Position numbers and translations under genes: made by a program
In this document: piece by piece, positions 1 through 12,605 of the stretch
Position numbering within the stretch: the first letter of the stretch is position 1
Layout: each line of letters starts with the position of its first letter
The notes under the pieces: model-generated
The model's input: only the letters and a program-made list of their open reading frames with translations
What the model was told of the DNA's origin: nothing
Databases searched by the model: none
Assembly: GCA_951406725.2 (NCBI GenBank)
Contig: OX597820.1
Span: 101,308,001 to 101,372,000, forward strand
From: Octopus vulgaris
Lineage: Eukaryota
Direction: 5' to 3'
DNA: 64,000 nt

Positions 1-509
1 GAAAGCAATTCTGAGCAAACAGACAAATTACACAGGTGTAGATGGTTAAATATTTAGCAGTGACACTCAACCTCAACACACTGTGTATATTCTACTGTTT
101 GATCACGTACTCCAGTACACTCCAGATGTTATGAATACTGACTCTTTGATCACATATTCCAGTATAACACAATTACTTTATACAGAGTGAGAACCCTGTT
201 ATCTTAGTAACTAAGTGGTGTATCAATTACATTTCCACTGTTGTTTCCATCAATGTAACATTGTTGGTTTCGTTTTGTTATGTGTTCTAGGTTTTATGGT
301 CTTGATTTTGATAAACATAGCTTTCTTTTGTTGTTGGGTAGTAGTCTTGATACTTTTAATAGCGAGGTTCAAGTATTTGAAAGAGTATATTTGATTGATA
401 GATTGTTAGATTGATCTTGTAAATTCAAAAAGAATTGTTGTACCAAGCAGGATTCAAATAAGGAGCTTTAATTCTAAGCTAAGGGTAGTAATATCCTTAT
501 TCATTAAGC

Positions 510-634
510 CAGAGGTTCCCAACACAGGGCAGTGGAACATTTGATACTGGGCTTAACAGAAAGAATAAATTCTAAAATCTTATTTGTATTTCATTGACTA
601 TTGCAGTCTGCAGAGTGTTTTTGCAGTGTGGATG

Positions 635-682
<48 letters not shown>

Positions 683-1159
683 TCAAAATAAGCAATAAGA
701 ATGACTCCAGTAATTTGGTACGATCGTTTCGTACTACATCATTTTATTAAATGTAAGTATTACAACAGTTTTAAAAGGTTGAGCACTCATCAGCCAATTA
801 TAGAGGTTTTCCATTAATACAAACATTTTCATATCAATTGGCAACATTATATAGAAGGTAGATATATAGACAAAGATGTGGATTTAAATTTTAAGAACAT
901 TTGAGGTAGTGGAGCCCATCAACTGACTGACTAAGATTCAGTTGTTCCAGACTACTGTAAGGTTCTGAGAGGGAAGAACAAATGAAAGGAGACAATAAAG
1001 ATAAATTTTTGCTGAACTTATATATATATAATATAAATTCATTGTATATGTAATGATTAAATTATATATTATGCACTTCTTTGTGTTTTGTTATGTGTGT
1101 GATCCTCCAGTCCATGGAAAATTTGTCTTGCTTGAAACCGGTCTGTTTGGAGACTGCTG
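510..1159. mobile_element. hAT-type MITE with nested microsatellite and HHR element
   Basis: CAG...CTG termini with imperfect TIRs (cagaggttcccaa / ttggagactgctg) and a perfect 8-bp TSD CATTAAGC at 502-509 and 1160-1167. Confidence 0.75.
711..800 (-). ncRNA. Type I hammerhead ribozyme, canonical core, palindromic stem III
   Basis: Minus strand reads taattgg-CTGATGA-gtgct...(46-nt loop)...agtac-GAAA-cgatcg-TA-ccaaatta. Stem I ttgg/ccaa, stem II gtgct/agtac, stem III acgatcgt, cleavage triplet GUA. The element (~682-1018) lies between two (TA)n tracts. Confidence 0.8.
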
Positions 1160-1885
1160 CATTAAGCTACTGGCATAAGACCAAGTAATGTTTCAATTTT
1201 AGGTTAATTTTAGGTTATTTCAATTTACTTTTTAATAATAGCCTGCATCTTGAACTGATTTTGTAATCAGCAAGTATTTTATGTATGGCTGAGAAGCAAC
1301 ATATACATACAGTAAAGCAACAGTGCATATAGCACTTACTGATAACTCAGAGTTAGTCAGTAAGCTTACTGCTCCATGTAGCTGTCATTACTGAAAAGTA
1401 AATACAAATGACCTAGAATTAGATCAGTGACTTTGTAGATAAGGACATTACTACATTTATTTAGTTTAGGACTTAGTATTTCTGGATTGAATCCAGGAAT
1501 ATGACATCTGATGATGATTATAATTTGTGTTGACTGTAATGGTGTGAAGGAATAAATATTGTAAATATACTCTTTGAAGTTGAGGCTAATTTCTGTATTT
1601 GTAAATTAAATGTGTTTCATTTTTCATGAAATAGTAATAGAGCAAGCAGATGGCAGACCAATTTATCAAGGACATTACAGTTGTTATTTCTAGTAGGTCC
1701 CGTAGACGTAGAGCTTTCATGGCCCATGACCAATAAAATGGTAACAGTTGTCAAAGCCTGTTTCCATAAGTTTTTTTTTTTTTATAATATGATTTGTTTA
1801 TTTAATATAATTAAATATTAAAAATAATTTCACTTGAAGAGGAAGCAGTATATATATCAGGGAAGAACAAGATAGCTATGTCAAT

Positions 1886-2182
1886 ATTGCAGCATGGAAG
1901 GTGTTTATAAGCCATTTAAGAAACACACAAAAACCGTTAGATTCACTTCAACATTTAAATTTAATTTGTCAAAATATTTTTGTTGCTTTGAAACCGCGAC
2001 CTGTTCACTGACAAAATTCCGTGCTGCAAAATTCCAAGATGCAGCACGGAATTTTGTCAGTGAACAGGTCGCGGTTTCAAAGCAACAAAAATATTTTGAC
2101 AAATTAAATTTAAATGTTGAAGTGAATCTAACGGTTTTTGTGTGTTTCTTAAATGGCTTATAAACACCTTCCACACTGCAAT
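1886..2182. repeat. Long palindrome (fold-back) of an HHR-like element
   Basis: Arms 1895-2028 and 2040-2173 are exact reverse complements (134 bp) with an 11-nt spacer aaattccaaga. Pairing extends 9 bp further with 2 mismatches. Confidence 0.97.
2053..2103 (+). ncRNA. Minimal hammerhead-like motif with GUGAACA (G3:C8) core, decayed; mirror copy 1965-2015 on minus strand
   Basis: tttgtca-GTGAACA-g-gtcgc-ggtttcaaa-gcaac-AAAA-atat-tt-tgacaaa. 7-bp stem I, 5-bp stem II with one mismatch, palindromic aatatt stem III. G12 is A in this copy. Confidence 0.55.
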
Positions 2183-2450
2183 TGTTTTCGTCCCAGCACA
2201 CGATCTCAGATCAGGTCACTTGCTATGCAAGTACATCTCCGTAATATGTCACTATTGATTACCTTTTTTACTTTATACTTGTAAATATGGCTAATATTCT
2301 CTATAAGTTATTTTGCATGTGATTAATAATGCTTCATTAATTAACGTTTGTGTTAATAAGCAACAAATTGTTTTGAGTTTTCTATATGGTGAAAGCATTT
2401 CTAGATCACTTGCTTTAAATAAATACACACATACATACATATGTATATAG

Positions 2451-2930
2451 GTTCAGGTATGACAGTGCGGTAAGAAGTTTGCTTCCCAACCACATGGTTT
2501 TGGGTTCAGTCCCTCTGCGTAGCACCTTGGGCAAGTGTTTTCTACCATTGTCCCAGGCTGACCAAAAAAGCTCATCATATACTTTCTTTTATTTTTCTAT
2601 TTGTTTCAGAACTGCTAAGTTACGGGGACATAAACACACCAACATCGGTTGTCAAGTGGTGAAGGTGGGGCAGGCAGGGACAAACACAGACACACAAACA
2701 CACACACACACACACATGACGGGCTTCTTTGAGCTTCCATCTACCAAATCCACTCACAAAGGTGCTAGCACGGAAAGCGGATGTTAAACGATGATGATGA
2801 TGATGAAGGCTTTGGTCAGCCTGAGACTATAATAAAAGACACTTGCCCTAAGTGCCACACAGTGAAATTGAACCCGGAACTATGTGGCTTGTAAGCAAGC
2901 TGCTTACCACACAGCTGCTCCTGCACCCAT
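2451..2930. mobile_element. Two family-A SINE pieces in opposite orientation, with a short family-B tail
   Basis: A + strand head (gtgcggtaagaagtttgcttcccaaccacatgg...ccttgggcaagtg) is followed by a minus-strand copy ending cttaccacacagc. A gatgatgat tail fragment lies at about 2763-2805. Confidence 0.75.
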
Positions 2931-3226
2931 GATATTTATATATATGTATATGTTACTCTCTCCTTGCCTCGGCATCACATGATAGTTGTAAATGATTGTC
3001 ACCATCATGCAAGTGGTGTCCTTTATTTCCAATATTCTATGACAACATGTCTGGTCATGCAAAGTATTACTTTGCTTGGAAACAAGTGAAGGTTAGCAGC
3101 AGGAAGGGCATCCAACTGTAGAAAATCTACTTCAACAAGCATGAAAAGTTGGATGCTTCATACACACAAACACATACTTTGTAAATCTCTCTCTCTCTCT
3201 CTCAATACTACTCTTTGTCTGTTTAA

Positions 3227-3703
3227 CCCTTTCAAAGCATAGGACTTTTGCTAATGCAGTCTCATATATGTTCACTTTCCTTTTACTCTATAAGTTCAGT
3301 GTTATATAATTATGAAGTGGAAAATACCAACACTAAAATCTGACTTGATTATTGATTGTTTCGAGTAGTTTCTCAGTGGGCTAGCTGAATCGTTAGCATG
3401 CAAGGCAAAATGCTTAGCAGCATTTTTGTATGTCTTTACATTCTGAGTTCAAATCCTGCCGAAGTCAACTTAAGTCTTTCATCCTTTATTTTGGCCGATG
3501 CAATCGACTTACTCCACCCCCAAAATTACTGGCATTGTGCTAAAATCTGAAACCTATATTTTGGGCAGCTACAAACCTGCATCTTAATTTGGATACACTG
3601 GTTGAGACAATTAATACGAAAAACAAAAAAATAAAATTAAATTAAGATACATACAAGACAAAAAGTTACTCATTTACTTTAGGACTCTCAAATTAAGAAA
3701 GGG
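3227..3703. mobile_element. piggyBac-type MITE with nested family-C SINE
   Basis: TTAA|CCCTTTC ... GAAAGGG|TTAA termini. SINE at about 3378-3560. Confidence 0.55.
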
Positions 3704-3890
3704 TTAAACACTTAAAGCAACATTCTATATAGTTGATTATTAATTTCTTTTTTCCAGTTATCGTATATATTCAATTGAGAGGTGAGATGCTGCAAATCAA
3801 ATTTCTATTGATTTTTATTTCAAAACCTTTTTCCTTGTCATCCCCACGTCTTCCATATTGACGAAATGTCACCTCTAGAAAATAAAACTG

Positions 3891-3952
<62 letters not shown>

Positions 3953-4194
3953 CATATACACATACACACACATATATATATGTATATGTGTGTGTGTGTA
4001 TGTGTTGGATTGATTTTTTTTTAGTGTTTTATTTCGTGCCACTGTCTGCTTTTGTTTGAGATGGAGGTTAATTGCAGCCAGTCTACATGCATGTCAAGAA
4101 ATACTCTGGTTTGTTATGCTGAAGTTTTTGTGCAGTTGTGGTTATTCTTTATGTGTTCTGTTTTTGTTCTTTATTTTGAAACTGACATTTAATT

Positions 4195-4240
<46 letters not shown>

Positions 4241-4315
4241 TATTTATTTTAAATGTAGAATCTTATGAGAGAAGAAATATTGTATAATTTTATCTTAATA
4301 TAAGGATTTTTGTGG

Positions 4316-4353
<38 letters not shown>

Positions 4354-4356
<3 letters not shown>

Positions 4357-5398
4357 TATATTTCTGGTAAGGCAGCTGAAGGAGAAATACATAGCTAAGA
4401 ATAAACCCTTGTACTTCGCTTTTGCTGATTTGTAGAAAGCCTTTGACAGGGTCCCCTCATCCCTTATCTGGTGGTCAATGTGGAAACTAGGGATAGACAA
4501 GTGGTTGGTGAGAGCTGTATAAACCATGCACAGGGATGCTACCTGTATGGTGAGAGTTGGCAATGAGTATAGCGAAGAATTCAGGGTACAAGTAGGGGTT
4601 CACCAAGGTACAAGTAAGGGTTCACCAAGGATCGGTCCTCAGCCCCATCTTGTTCATCATAGTCCTCCAGGCAATTACAGAGGAATTTAAGACAGGATTC
4701 CGCTCTGGGAGCTCCTCTATGCTGATTACCTTGTTCTTATTGCTGAATCACTACCAGAACTAGAGAAGTTCCAGGTATGGAAGCGAGGTCTACAATTGAA
4801 GGACTTTAGTGTTAAACTAGCAAAAACCAAAGTCTTAGTAAATAGGAACATAGACAAATCACAAATCTCTTCAGGTAGATGGCCCTACTTGATCTGTAGG
4901 AAAGGCGTAGGTTGAAACTCCATAAGATGCACCTGGTGTAACCTTTGAGCACATAAAAGGTGCAGCAATCTCAGAGGAAGGTTAACAGGGAAAATGCTCA
5001 GAAAATAGACCCCATCAACTGTCAGTGGGGTAAGCTAGAGGTAGTAGATAGCTTCTGTTAACTAGGTGACCAAGTTAGTAGTGGAGGTAGATGTGCCGAG
5101 AGCATAACTGAGAATATGATTAGGCTGGGAAAAGTTCAGAGAGCTCCTTCTTATGCAGGCAACAAAGGGTCTCTCAGAGTGAAAGGCTGATTGTATGATG
5201 CCTGTGTGGAAACAGCAATGCTACATGGCAGTGAAACATGGGATGTGATAGTTGAGGAAATGTGTAAGCTTGAAATAAATGAAGCTTGTGTGTTTTGCTG
5301 GATGTGCAATATCAGTGTTGAAAGCATCTTGAGATAAAAGTTGGGGTAAGAGGCATCAGATGTGGTATGCAAGAGAGACGACTGTACTGGTATGGTAT
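4354..5398 (+). pseudogene. Decayed RTE-clade LINE reverse transcriptase fragment
   Basis: AIFLVRQLKEKYIAKNKPLYFAFADL*KAFDRVP, VGVHQGSVLSPILF, ELLYADYLVL, MLHGSETW, RRLYWYG. Multiple stops and frameshifts. Confidence 0.88.
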
Positions 5399-5419
5399 AT
5401 GTATATATATATATATATA

Positions 5420-5830
5420 AGGTACAGTCGTGGTTGTGTGGTAAGAGGCACTTGTTTCTCAGCCATATGGTTCCAGTTTCAGCTCCGTTGAACATTATCT
5501 TGGGCAACTGTCTTCTACTATAGCCACAGGCCAACCAAAGCTTGGTGAGTGGATTTGGTAGATAAAAACTGAAACAAGCCCATCGTATATGTATATGAAT
5601 ATCTGTGTGTGTATCTTTGTGTTTGTTCCCCCCCACTACCACTTGATAACTGATGTTGGTGTGTTTACGTCCCCCATAACTTAGTGGTTCGACAAAAGAG
5701 ATTGAGAAAATAAGCACCAGGATTTTAAAAATAATCAATACTGGTGTTGATTCATTTGACTAAAAGTTCTTCAGGGCAGTGCCCCAGCATGGCCTCACTA
5801 TAATGACTGAAACAAGTAAAAAAATAAAAA
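5420..5830 (+). mobile_element. Family-A tRNA-derived SINE (diverged)
   Basis: Collinear with the young copies at 28371 and 60091. Confidence 0.8.
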
Positions 5831-5869
5831 TGCGTGCGTGTGTGTATTAATCAGCTTTCAATAAAAAAC

Positions 5870-6280
5870 CTTATTTTATTAGATTGTGATTATATTATTA
5901 TTGTATATCATATTATTATTATTATTATTGTTATATTATATTATATTATTATTATTATATATTATTAGGTTTTGATTAAATAATATAGTTGTGGTATATA
6001 TTAGTATAGTTTTAGATTATATATTAGATATTAAAATATATTATGGGATTGAGATAATATATTATTCGGTTGTGATTATTTATTATAATATTTTATTAGG
6101 CTATGATTATATATTATTATAATATATCATCAGATTGTGATTATATATTATTATAATATATGTGATCGGACTAGGATTATATATTACAATAATATATCTA
6201 TATCAGATTTTGACTATATGTTATTATAATATATTATTAGATTATGATTATATGTTATCATAATATTTGATTTTGACTAT
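5870..6280. repeat. Degenerate AT-rich minisatellite, ~30-bp unit
   Basis: Repeated attagattgtgattatatattattataatat-like units. Confidence 0.7.
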
Positions 6281-6610
6281 TTTGTTTTTTAAATGGGTTT
6301 TTATGGTGTTTTGCAGTGGATGGTTTTGCAATTTGTTTTGTTGTCACAGTTTTTGTTGTTTGTTTCTTTGTAAAAAAAAAATGACTTTCAAGACTTTAGA
6401 CCTTTCATAGTGTAGTTAATGTTATTGTTGTTGCTTTTGTTACTGTTGTTGTTGTATTATCATCATTAAAAAAAGAAAAAGGAAAAAATGGGATTCTTAT
6501 GAGACAGAGTTAGCAGAATTCTGCTCTGGATGTTTTGCAGTATCTCATTTAGTGCTTTACATCTCTGCTTTCAAATTCATCAGAGCTTGGTGTATACAAG
6601 GTGATGGTAT

Positions 6611-6985
6611 AGGTGCAGGCGTGACTTCCCAATTACATGATCCAGGGTTCAGTCCCAGTGTACAGCGCCTTGGGCAAGTGTCTTCTACTATAGCCTTGGG
6701 CTGACCAAATCCTTGTGAGTGGATTTGGTTGACAGACACTGAAAGAAACTCATCTTATGTGTGTGTGTGTGTGTGTGTGTGTGTCTTTAAGTTTGTGTTT
6801 GTCTCCCACCACTTCTTGACAACTGGTGTTGCTATGTTTACATCCCCATAACTTAGAGACTGATTGAATAAGTACCAGGCTTCAAAAAACATACTAGGAT
6901 TGATTCATTTGACTTAAATTTCAAGACAGTGCCTTAGCCTGGCCACAGTCTAATAACTGAAACAAGGCAAAAAAAAAAAAAGATA
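6611..6985 (+). mobile_element. Family-A SINE (diverged)
   Basis: gggttcagtccc B-box-like motif, ccttgggcaagtgtcttctactatagcc, internal (GT)n and gactgaaacaag end. Confidence 0.8.
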
Positions 6986-7344
6986 TATATTCTCTTCATT
7001 GATTCACCTCTACAAATTTGCTCTATACATCAATGCATGATGTTGTAAATTCAGAACGTCTACTACTACTTTACTAAGCCATTAGGCTTTGTAACATTAA
7101 TCTGCTCACCCCACTTTGCCTTGCTAATTTCAAGTTCCAGTCTTCCTCCAGAATTGAATGACTGGAAAGAACATCCACCAATATACAAGCCTTCCCAATC
7201 TTGCGTTAGAAGATAAAAATGGATCTGAACATTGCAAAATAAAATCAGATATGAGAATCAAGATTCCTAGTTCCTAGTTGAATGTAATAATGAACTTATA
7301 GTATACAGTGATCAGATGCACTACAATTCATAAGAAAAAGTAGT

Positions 7345-7730
7345 TAAAACCGCATGTACAGGACATAGAATATTCACAGGAAGTGAACAGTGAATAAGTC
7401 TTAAAAATAGGAAAACAGGGGTGGGGAGCATCAGGTGTAGTGTTGGCAAATTTCAGGAAGCATGGAAGGTTTGAAGGGTGTAGTATCTCGACAGCTAACG
7501 ACTCAAGCGGATAGTTTATTCAATGCTTCAGCAATTTGGAGTATGAAAAAATGTTTCTGAATGTCATGGGTGCTGTGTTGTTTCTTGATTGTGTAAGCAT
7601 GTCCACGAATGTTAAGCATATGGAATTCAAAAAAAGGTGCCCAAGGTTGTTGGAAAGACAGTGTAAAGGATCCATACATCCTAGCATATCACTTATGTTT
7701 GCAGAATTGTTATTTAACTCGTGCACCTAA
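7345..7730 (-). pseudogene. Decayed CR1/L2-like LINE 3' end
   Basis: Minus strand NIRGHAYTIKKQHSTHDIQKHFFILQIAEALNKLSA.VVSC...FK resembles the CR1 ORF2 C-terminal RGH...FF..RV...WN.LP motif. Confidence 0.6.
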
Positions 7731-7947
7731 ACTATATGCATGATTTAGAAACCATCACCATCATCATCATCATCATCGTTGTTGTTATCGTTGTTGTTGT
7801 TCTGGTTGCTGTTGTTATGCTGTGATGCTATGTTTTCAGTGAAACAAGGTTTTGAGCAAATTTTGGTCTCCACTCATTCCATTGATATCTTTGGAAAAGG
7901 CATGATGATCACAAAATCCCATTCCTCTTCCTTCTCCTACTCTAAGG

Positions 7948-8259
7948 CAGGAGTGGGGAACATCTTACCTATGGACAAAATATTACCCACATTCCATTTT
8001 GAAACTGTTTGCTGATACTCACATTTGAATATATCCATACATACATACACATCACACACATACTCTCTCTCTCTTTCTCTCTCTCGCTCTCACACACACA
8101 CACATATATTTAGCACCAAAACAGTAATTTAATACAAGCTGCATATCTATGATTGTGTAAAATTGAAGATTTATTATTTTTCTCAGTATAGGTGCTTTCC
8201 TAACTGGTTTTCATACCCTTGCAACTTGGCCCTGGTATTAAAAAGGTTCCCCACCTCTG
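7948..8259. mobile_element. hAT-type MITE
   Basis: TIRs caggagtggggaac / gttccccacctctg. Degenerate 8-bp TSD ctctaagg / ctttaggg. Confidence 0.65.
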
Positions 8260-8868
8260 CTTTAGGGCTTTATGCTTACTAAGAAATTATTTTTAAGAGT
8301 TATTTTATTATTGTTGTTATTAATGGCTTTATAATTGTGACTCCTATTACTATTAATAAATAAATAAATTTTCTGTTTCTTTCCTGTGGTTGTCATGGTA
8401 ATTGAATAATTGTATATTATTTCATAATGAGAAACACTATAAAATTATTATTATGCCTTTAAATTATAATTTACATTCCTGACATGATTTTCTTAAATTG
8501 TGTTATTTTTTTTCTTTATTTGATGAAGTGATTTGTTGTTTCTAATTATGGCATTTTGCATTTGGAGTTCAGTTTCCATTGTAGTCAATTTTTTCCCCTT
8601 TCATTCTTTGGGGGTCAATAAAGTAAGTGCCATTCAAGTACTGGGGTTAATTTCATTGGCTATATCCCTGCCCCATCCCATGTGTAACTTTATACCAATG
8701 TTAGAATTCATTATTAGCAGTAGGTATTGGTTGGACTATTATTAATTTTATCTTTTGGATTATTAACTTTATCTCACTGAATTGTTTTGCCTGCTGCATT
8801 CTTTGATAAACTTATAAAGGTCATGAAAATGATCAGATTTAAATGCTGATTGAAACAATTCATAGATA

Positions 8869-9230
8869 TTAGTTTGTTAGTTAATTTTTTGGCTCAAAAG
8901 CAAATAGCAAGGCCATGTAGGGGGACATGGAGTTAAGTACAGGGTGGTGTTCATGTAAAGAGTTCAGACCACTTGAGGTCAAGGGAGACTTTGAACAAAG
9001 CGGTCGTCGGCATCTTCACCATCTCGTCTGGCAGCTTATTCCACGGATCCGCAACCCGGACCGAGAAAGCTCCTCTCCTTCGATTGAGATGAAATCGTTG
9101 CAGGTAGAGCTTTTCGGAATGACTCTGCAGCCGACGCTCTGGAGCAGGAGTGAAGAACAGCTCTTTCGAGAGGTTACACTTTCCGCTTATGATGTTGTGA
9201 GCGAGAATGAGATCACGGCGGCGGTGTTTT
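8869..9230 (-). mobile_element. CR1-clade LINE, short 3' fragment of the family at 19138-21811
   Basis: Near-identical to 19138-19510. RRRDLILAHNII...DPWNKLP...; same 3' UTR and (CTAA)n-like tail. Confidence 0.92.
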
Positions 9231-10041
9231 AATCCATTTGATGTAGTGATTATTGAAATTATTGAACTGAGGCTGGAGTGTGAGTATATGTCATAATTTA
9301 AAATGTCATAATATGTCATAATTCAAATCCATGTGAGAGCTGGAGTCTCAGCACTATATGCTAAACAAGAAATTAAAGGGTGGGTAGGTGGAGGAACATT
9401 TGTTAACTATACTGTGTTTCCATTAATTGTATGGTATTTGTTTGCAGCTAAGCACATTTGACCAGGGAAATAACTAATTGTCTTTGAGGTGTCATGAATA
9501 GGTGATAATCTGATTGAGCTGCTGTCATTTATTTAGACGTGGATGGGGGTCTCAATTTTCAATGGTGATAAAATTGGTTTGAAGCATTGCTACTACTAGA
9601 TCACTTCCTTTGTAATACTCATCGACAAGGAAGCCTAACCCTTTAACATTCAGATTACTCTGCTAAATGTAATGCTTATTTATTCACATTGCTTTGAATT
9701 TATTAGGCATTATCTCACATCTTCAAGATTTTGATATTGTGATTGTTTATTTTTAGAATGACATTGTAGGGTAGGTGGGAAAAGTGAGATCTTGCCAGTT
9801 TTAATGAAAAACTGGTAAAATATTTGTGCTGGATATAGCACCAGAAGTTAGCAAAATACATAGCTCTCACTGTTTAGAATGTTGTGTTTTGTAGTACACA
9901 CATTTGAAAGTAGATGAACTACTAAGCCAGCAAAAATTGTGTATGCCATTGAAGATGATATATAAACCATGATCCTAATCCGTAGTGATAGCATCTTGTT
10001 AAGCTAAAAACACTTCTGAATGTTTTTAATATTGTGATTGA

Positions 10042-10290
<249 letters not shown>

Positions 10291-10780
10291 TAAGTATTAC
10301 AGTCAAACCTTTTTTTGTATAATAGCTAAGATCAAACAGACTGTTTGATATTGTGATTTCTATTTTTCTCTTACATTCTGCAAATAGAGTCTTCAGCAAA
10401 TCCCCAAGGACTACTCTTCTTATACAAAAGCATTTTCTTTACTCAGTGTCCCGTGCACCCACACCCCTTCCTTGTGGTTCACTCATAATTCTGCTGCAGC
10501 TGTTTAGACAAGAAAAACAAAACCTAAACTACTTGGGGATCTTCCCCACCACTAAAAGAAAAAAAAAAAGCTTGGTTGTATTTGTCCAGCAATACTGCTC
10601 TTTTAAGGCTTTACTATTCAAATTGTGAAAAGTGCCTTCATACTATCCCAACTTCCAAATTGTAACTGATACTTCTGATCCATTGCCAAGAAAATATCCA
10701 TCAACTTAGCAGAATCCTCTTTCCCTTATTTTTACAACAGCAAGGGTTCTGAATGTAGTAATCCCACATTGAAAGTCTCT

Positions 10781-11013
10781 TAATTCTTTATTGCCCTCAA
10801 GGGGCTAAACATAGAGGGGACAAACAAGGACAGACAAAGGGGTTAAGTCAATTACATCGATCCCAATGCGTAACTGGTACTTAATTTATCGAGCCCGAAA
10901 GGATGAAAGACAAAGTTGACCTCGGCGGAATTTGAACTCAGAACGTAGCGGCAGACGAAATACCGCTAAGCATTTCACCCGGCGTGTTAACGATTCTGCC
11001 AGCTTGCTGCCTT
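10781..11013 (-). mobile_element. Family-C tRNA-derived SINE, young, with TSD
   Basis: B-box gagttcaaattcc and central block ctttcatcctttcggg.tcgataaattaagtaccag. 16-bp TSD cacattgaaagtctct at 10765-10780 and 11014-11029. Confidence 0.9.
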
Positions 11014-12289
11014 CACATTGAAAGTCTCTGTCTTCACTGCCCACCAGGCAGCTAACTCTACACTGCACACACTTAGTAGATCTCCTTGAAATCTGTTCCT
11101 TTCTATCCTTTAATTACGCATTCCAAGAGTGAAAGCTTCTTCAGTTACTATAAACCAACAAGGCTGCCACCCCTGTTAATGTCCCTTCCTTTCTTTCAAA
11201 CACTGTGTGCCAGAGCTAGTCCTTCGTCCCACCGATCTCCCCTGTTTCTCCCTCTCTACGGGAATCTGTCCTGATTTTTGTCATCAAGTCCAACAATGCC
11301 TACTCTTATGAAGCTAATACAACTGCAAGTCAATACCTGCAGGAAAGGCATCGGTAGGTGAGATTTAATTCCAAAGGGCCAACATTCCGGGAAGGAAGAA
11401 CTGGATGTAGGGGGTTGTGTGAGGCTTGGTAGAAGGGAAAGCAATAAGGATGATGAGAAAATAAGAGATGAATGGGTGAGGAATATCTAAGGTATGGAAT
11501 ATTGGAAACAAGGAATGCTGCATGTATGATGGTGATGTTTGTTCATAACTTTTGCATGATATGAAGACAAGGAGACACAAATGTGCACTTGCACATATAA
11601 ACACACACACACATACAATGTATACATATATTTATATGCATATATAATGGGCTCTTTTTCAGTTTCTGTCTTCCAAATCCACTCACAGGGCTTTGGTTGA
11701 CCTGAGGTCATAGCAGAAGAAACTTACTGAAGCTGCTATGCAGTGGGACTGAACTTGAAACCACATGGTTGGGAACCAAATTTCTTAACCACTTAACCAT
11801 TTCAATGAAAATACACCAAGTTAGCCAATTTAATTAGAGTTTGCTCTATTAATGTTAATAGACCCTAATATTGTTTTCTCAGATATACCTGTCTATATTC
11901 ATAGGCAATTATCCTCTTTGATTCTTTATAGAAGTAAATGATTATGTATCATTATTGTTGTATGAATTACAAGTAGGTTAATCGACATACTTTACATACC
12001 ATCATGTTTCTGATTCAATATTTATGTCAGTGTAGTCCCGCAGCACCTCAGGTGAATGGCATAACAGTCACTATTGTTCTGTCAAATTTTGACATGTTAA
12101 TGTCCTTTTTTTCCCCATGGGTTATATAATGCTTTTGCTGTATATTATCAACTTGTGCTGAAAGATCTTTGGATTTTCTAAGACTGTGGCATTGTGTAAA
12201 TATGTTACAATGATTTTATGATCTGATAATATATAGAGCATAACAAATATATTCACACCCATATACATGTGTGTGTATGCTCGTATGAG

Positions 12290-12605
12290 CGAAGAGTCAT
12301 GGCTTAGTGATTAGAGTATTTGGCTCGTGATTGTAAGGTCATGAGTTCAATTCCTGGTGGTGTATTATGTCCTTGAGCAAGGCACTTTAATTCATGTTGC
12401 TCCATTTCACACAGCTGGCAAAAGTCAATGTAGCTGTATATCAAAGGGCCCAACCTTGTCACATTTTGTCTCATGTTGAATCTCCCCGAAGGGTACATGT
12501 GTCTGTGGAGTGCTCAGCCACTTGCATTCTGATTTCACCAACAGGCTATTCTGTTGATTGGGTCAACTGAAACCTTTGTTGTCGTAACTGATGGAGTGTC
12601 AGTTA
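12290..12605 (+). mobile_element. tRNA-derived SINE (further family; relatives near 18825 and 50450)
   Basis: A-box tggcttagtga, B-box gagttcaattcc and tgtccttgagcaaggcactt. Confidence 0.65.

Noticed and set aside
1894-2201. Two overlapping opposite-strand ORFs with nearly identical proteins
   Set aside because: A direct consequence of the palindrome. There is no independent coding signal.
10390-11480. Very decayed LINE endonuclease-like sequence around the SINE at 10781
   Set aside because: Only a weak VVLGD-like hint; too degraded to assign by eye.
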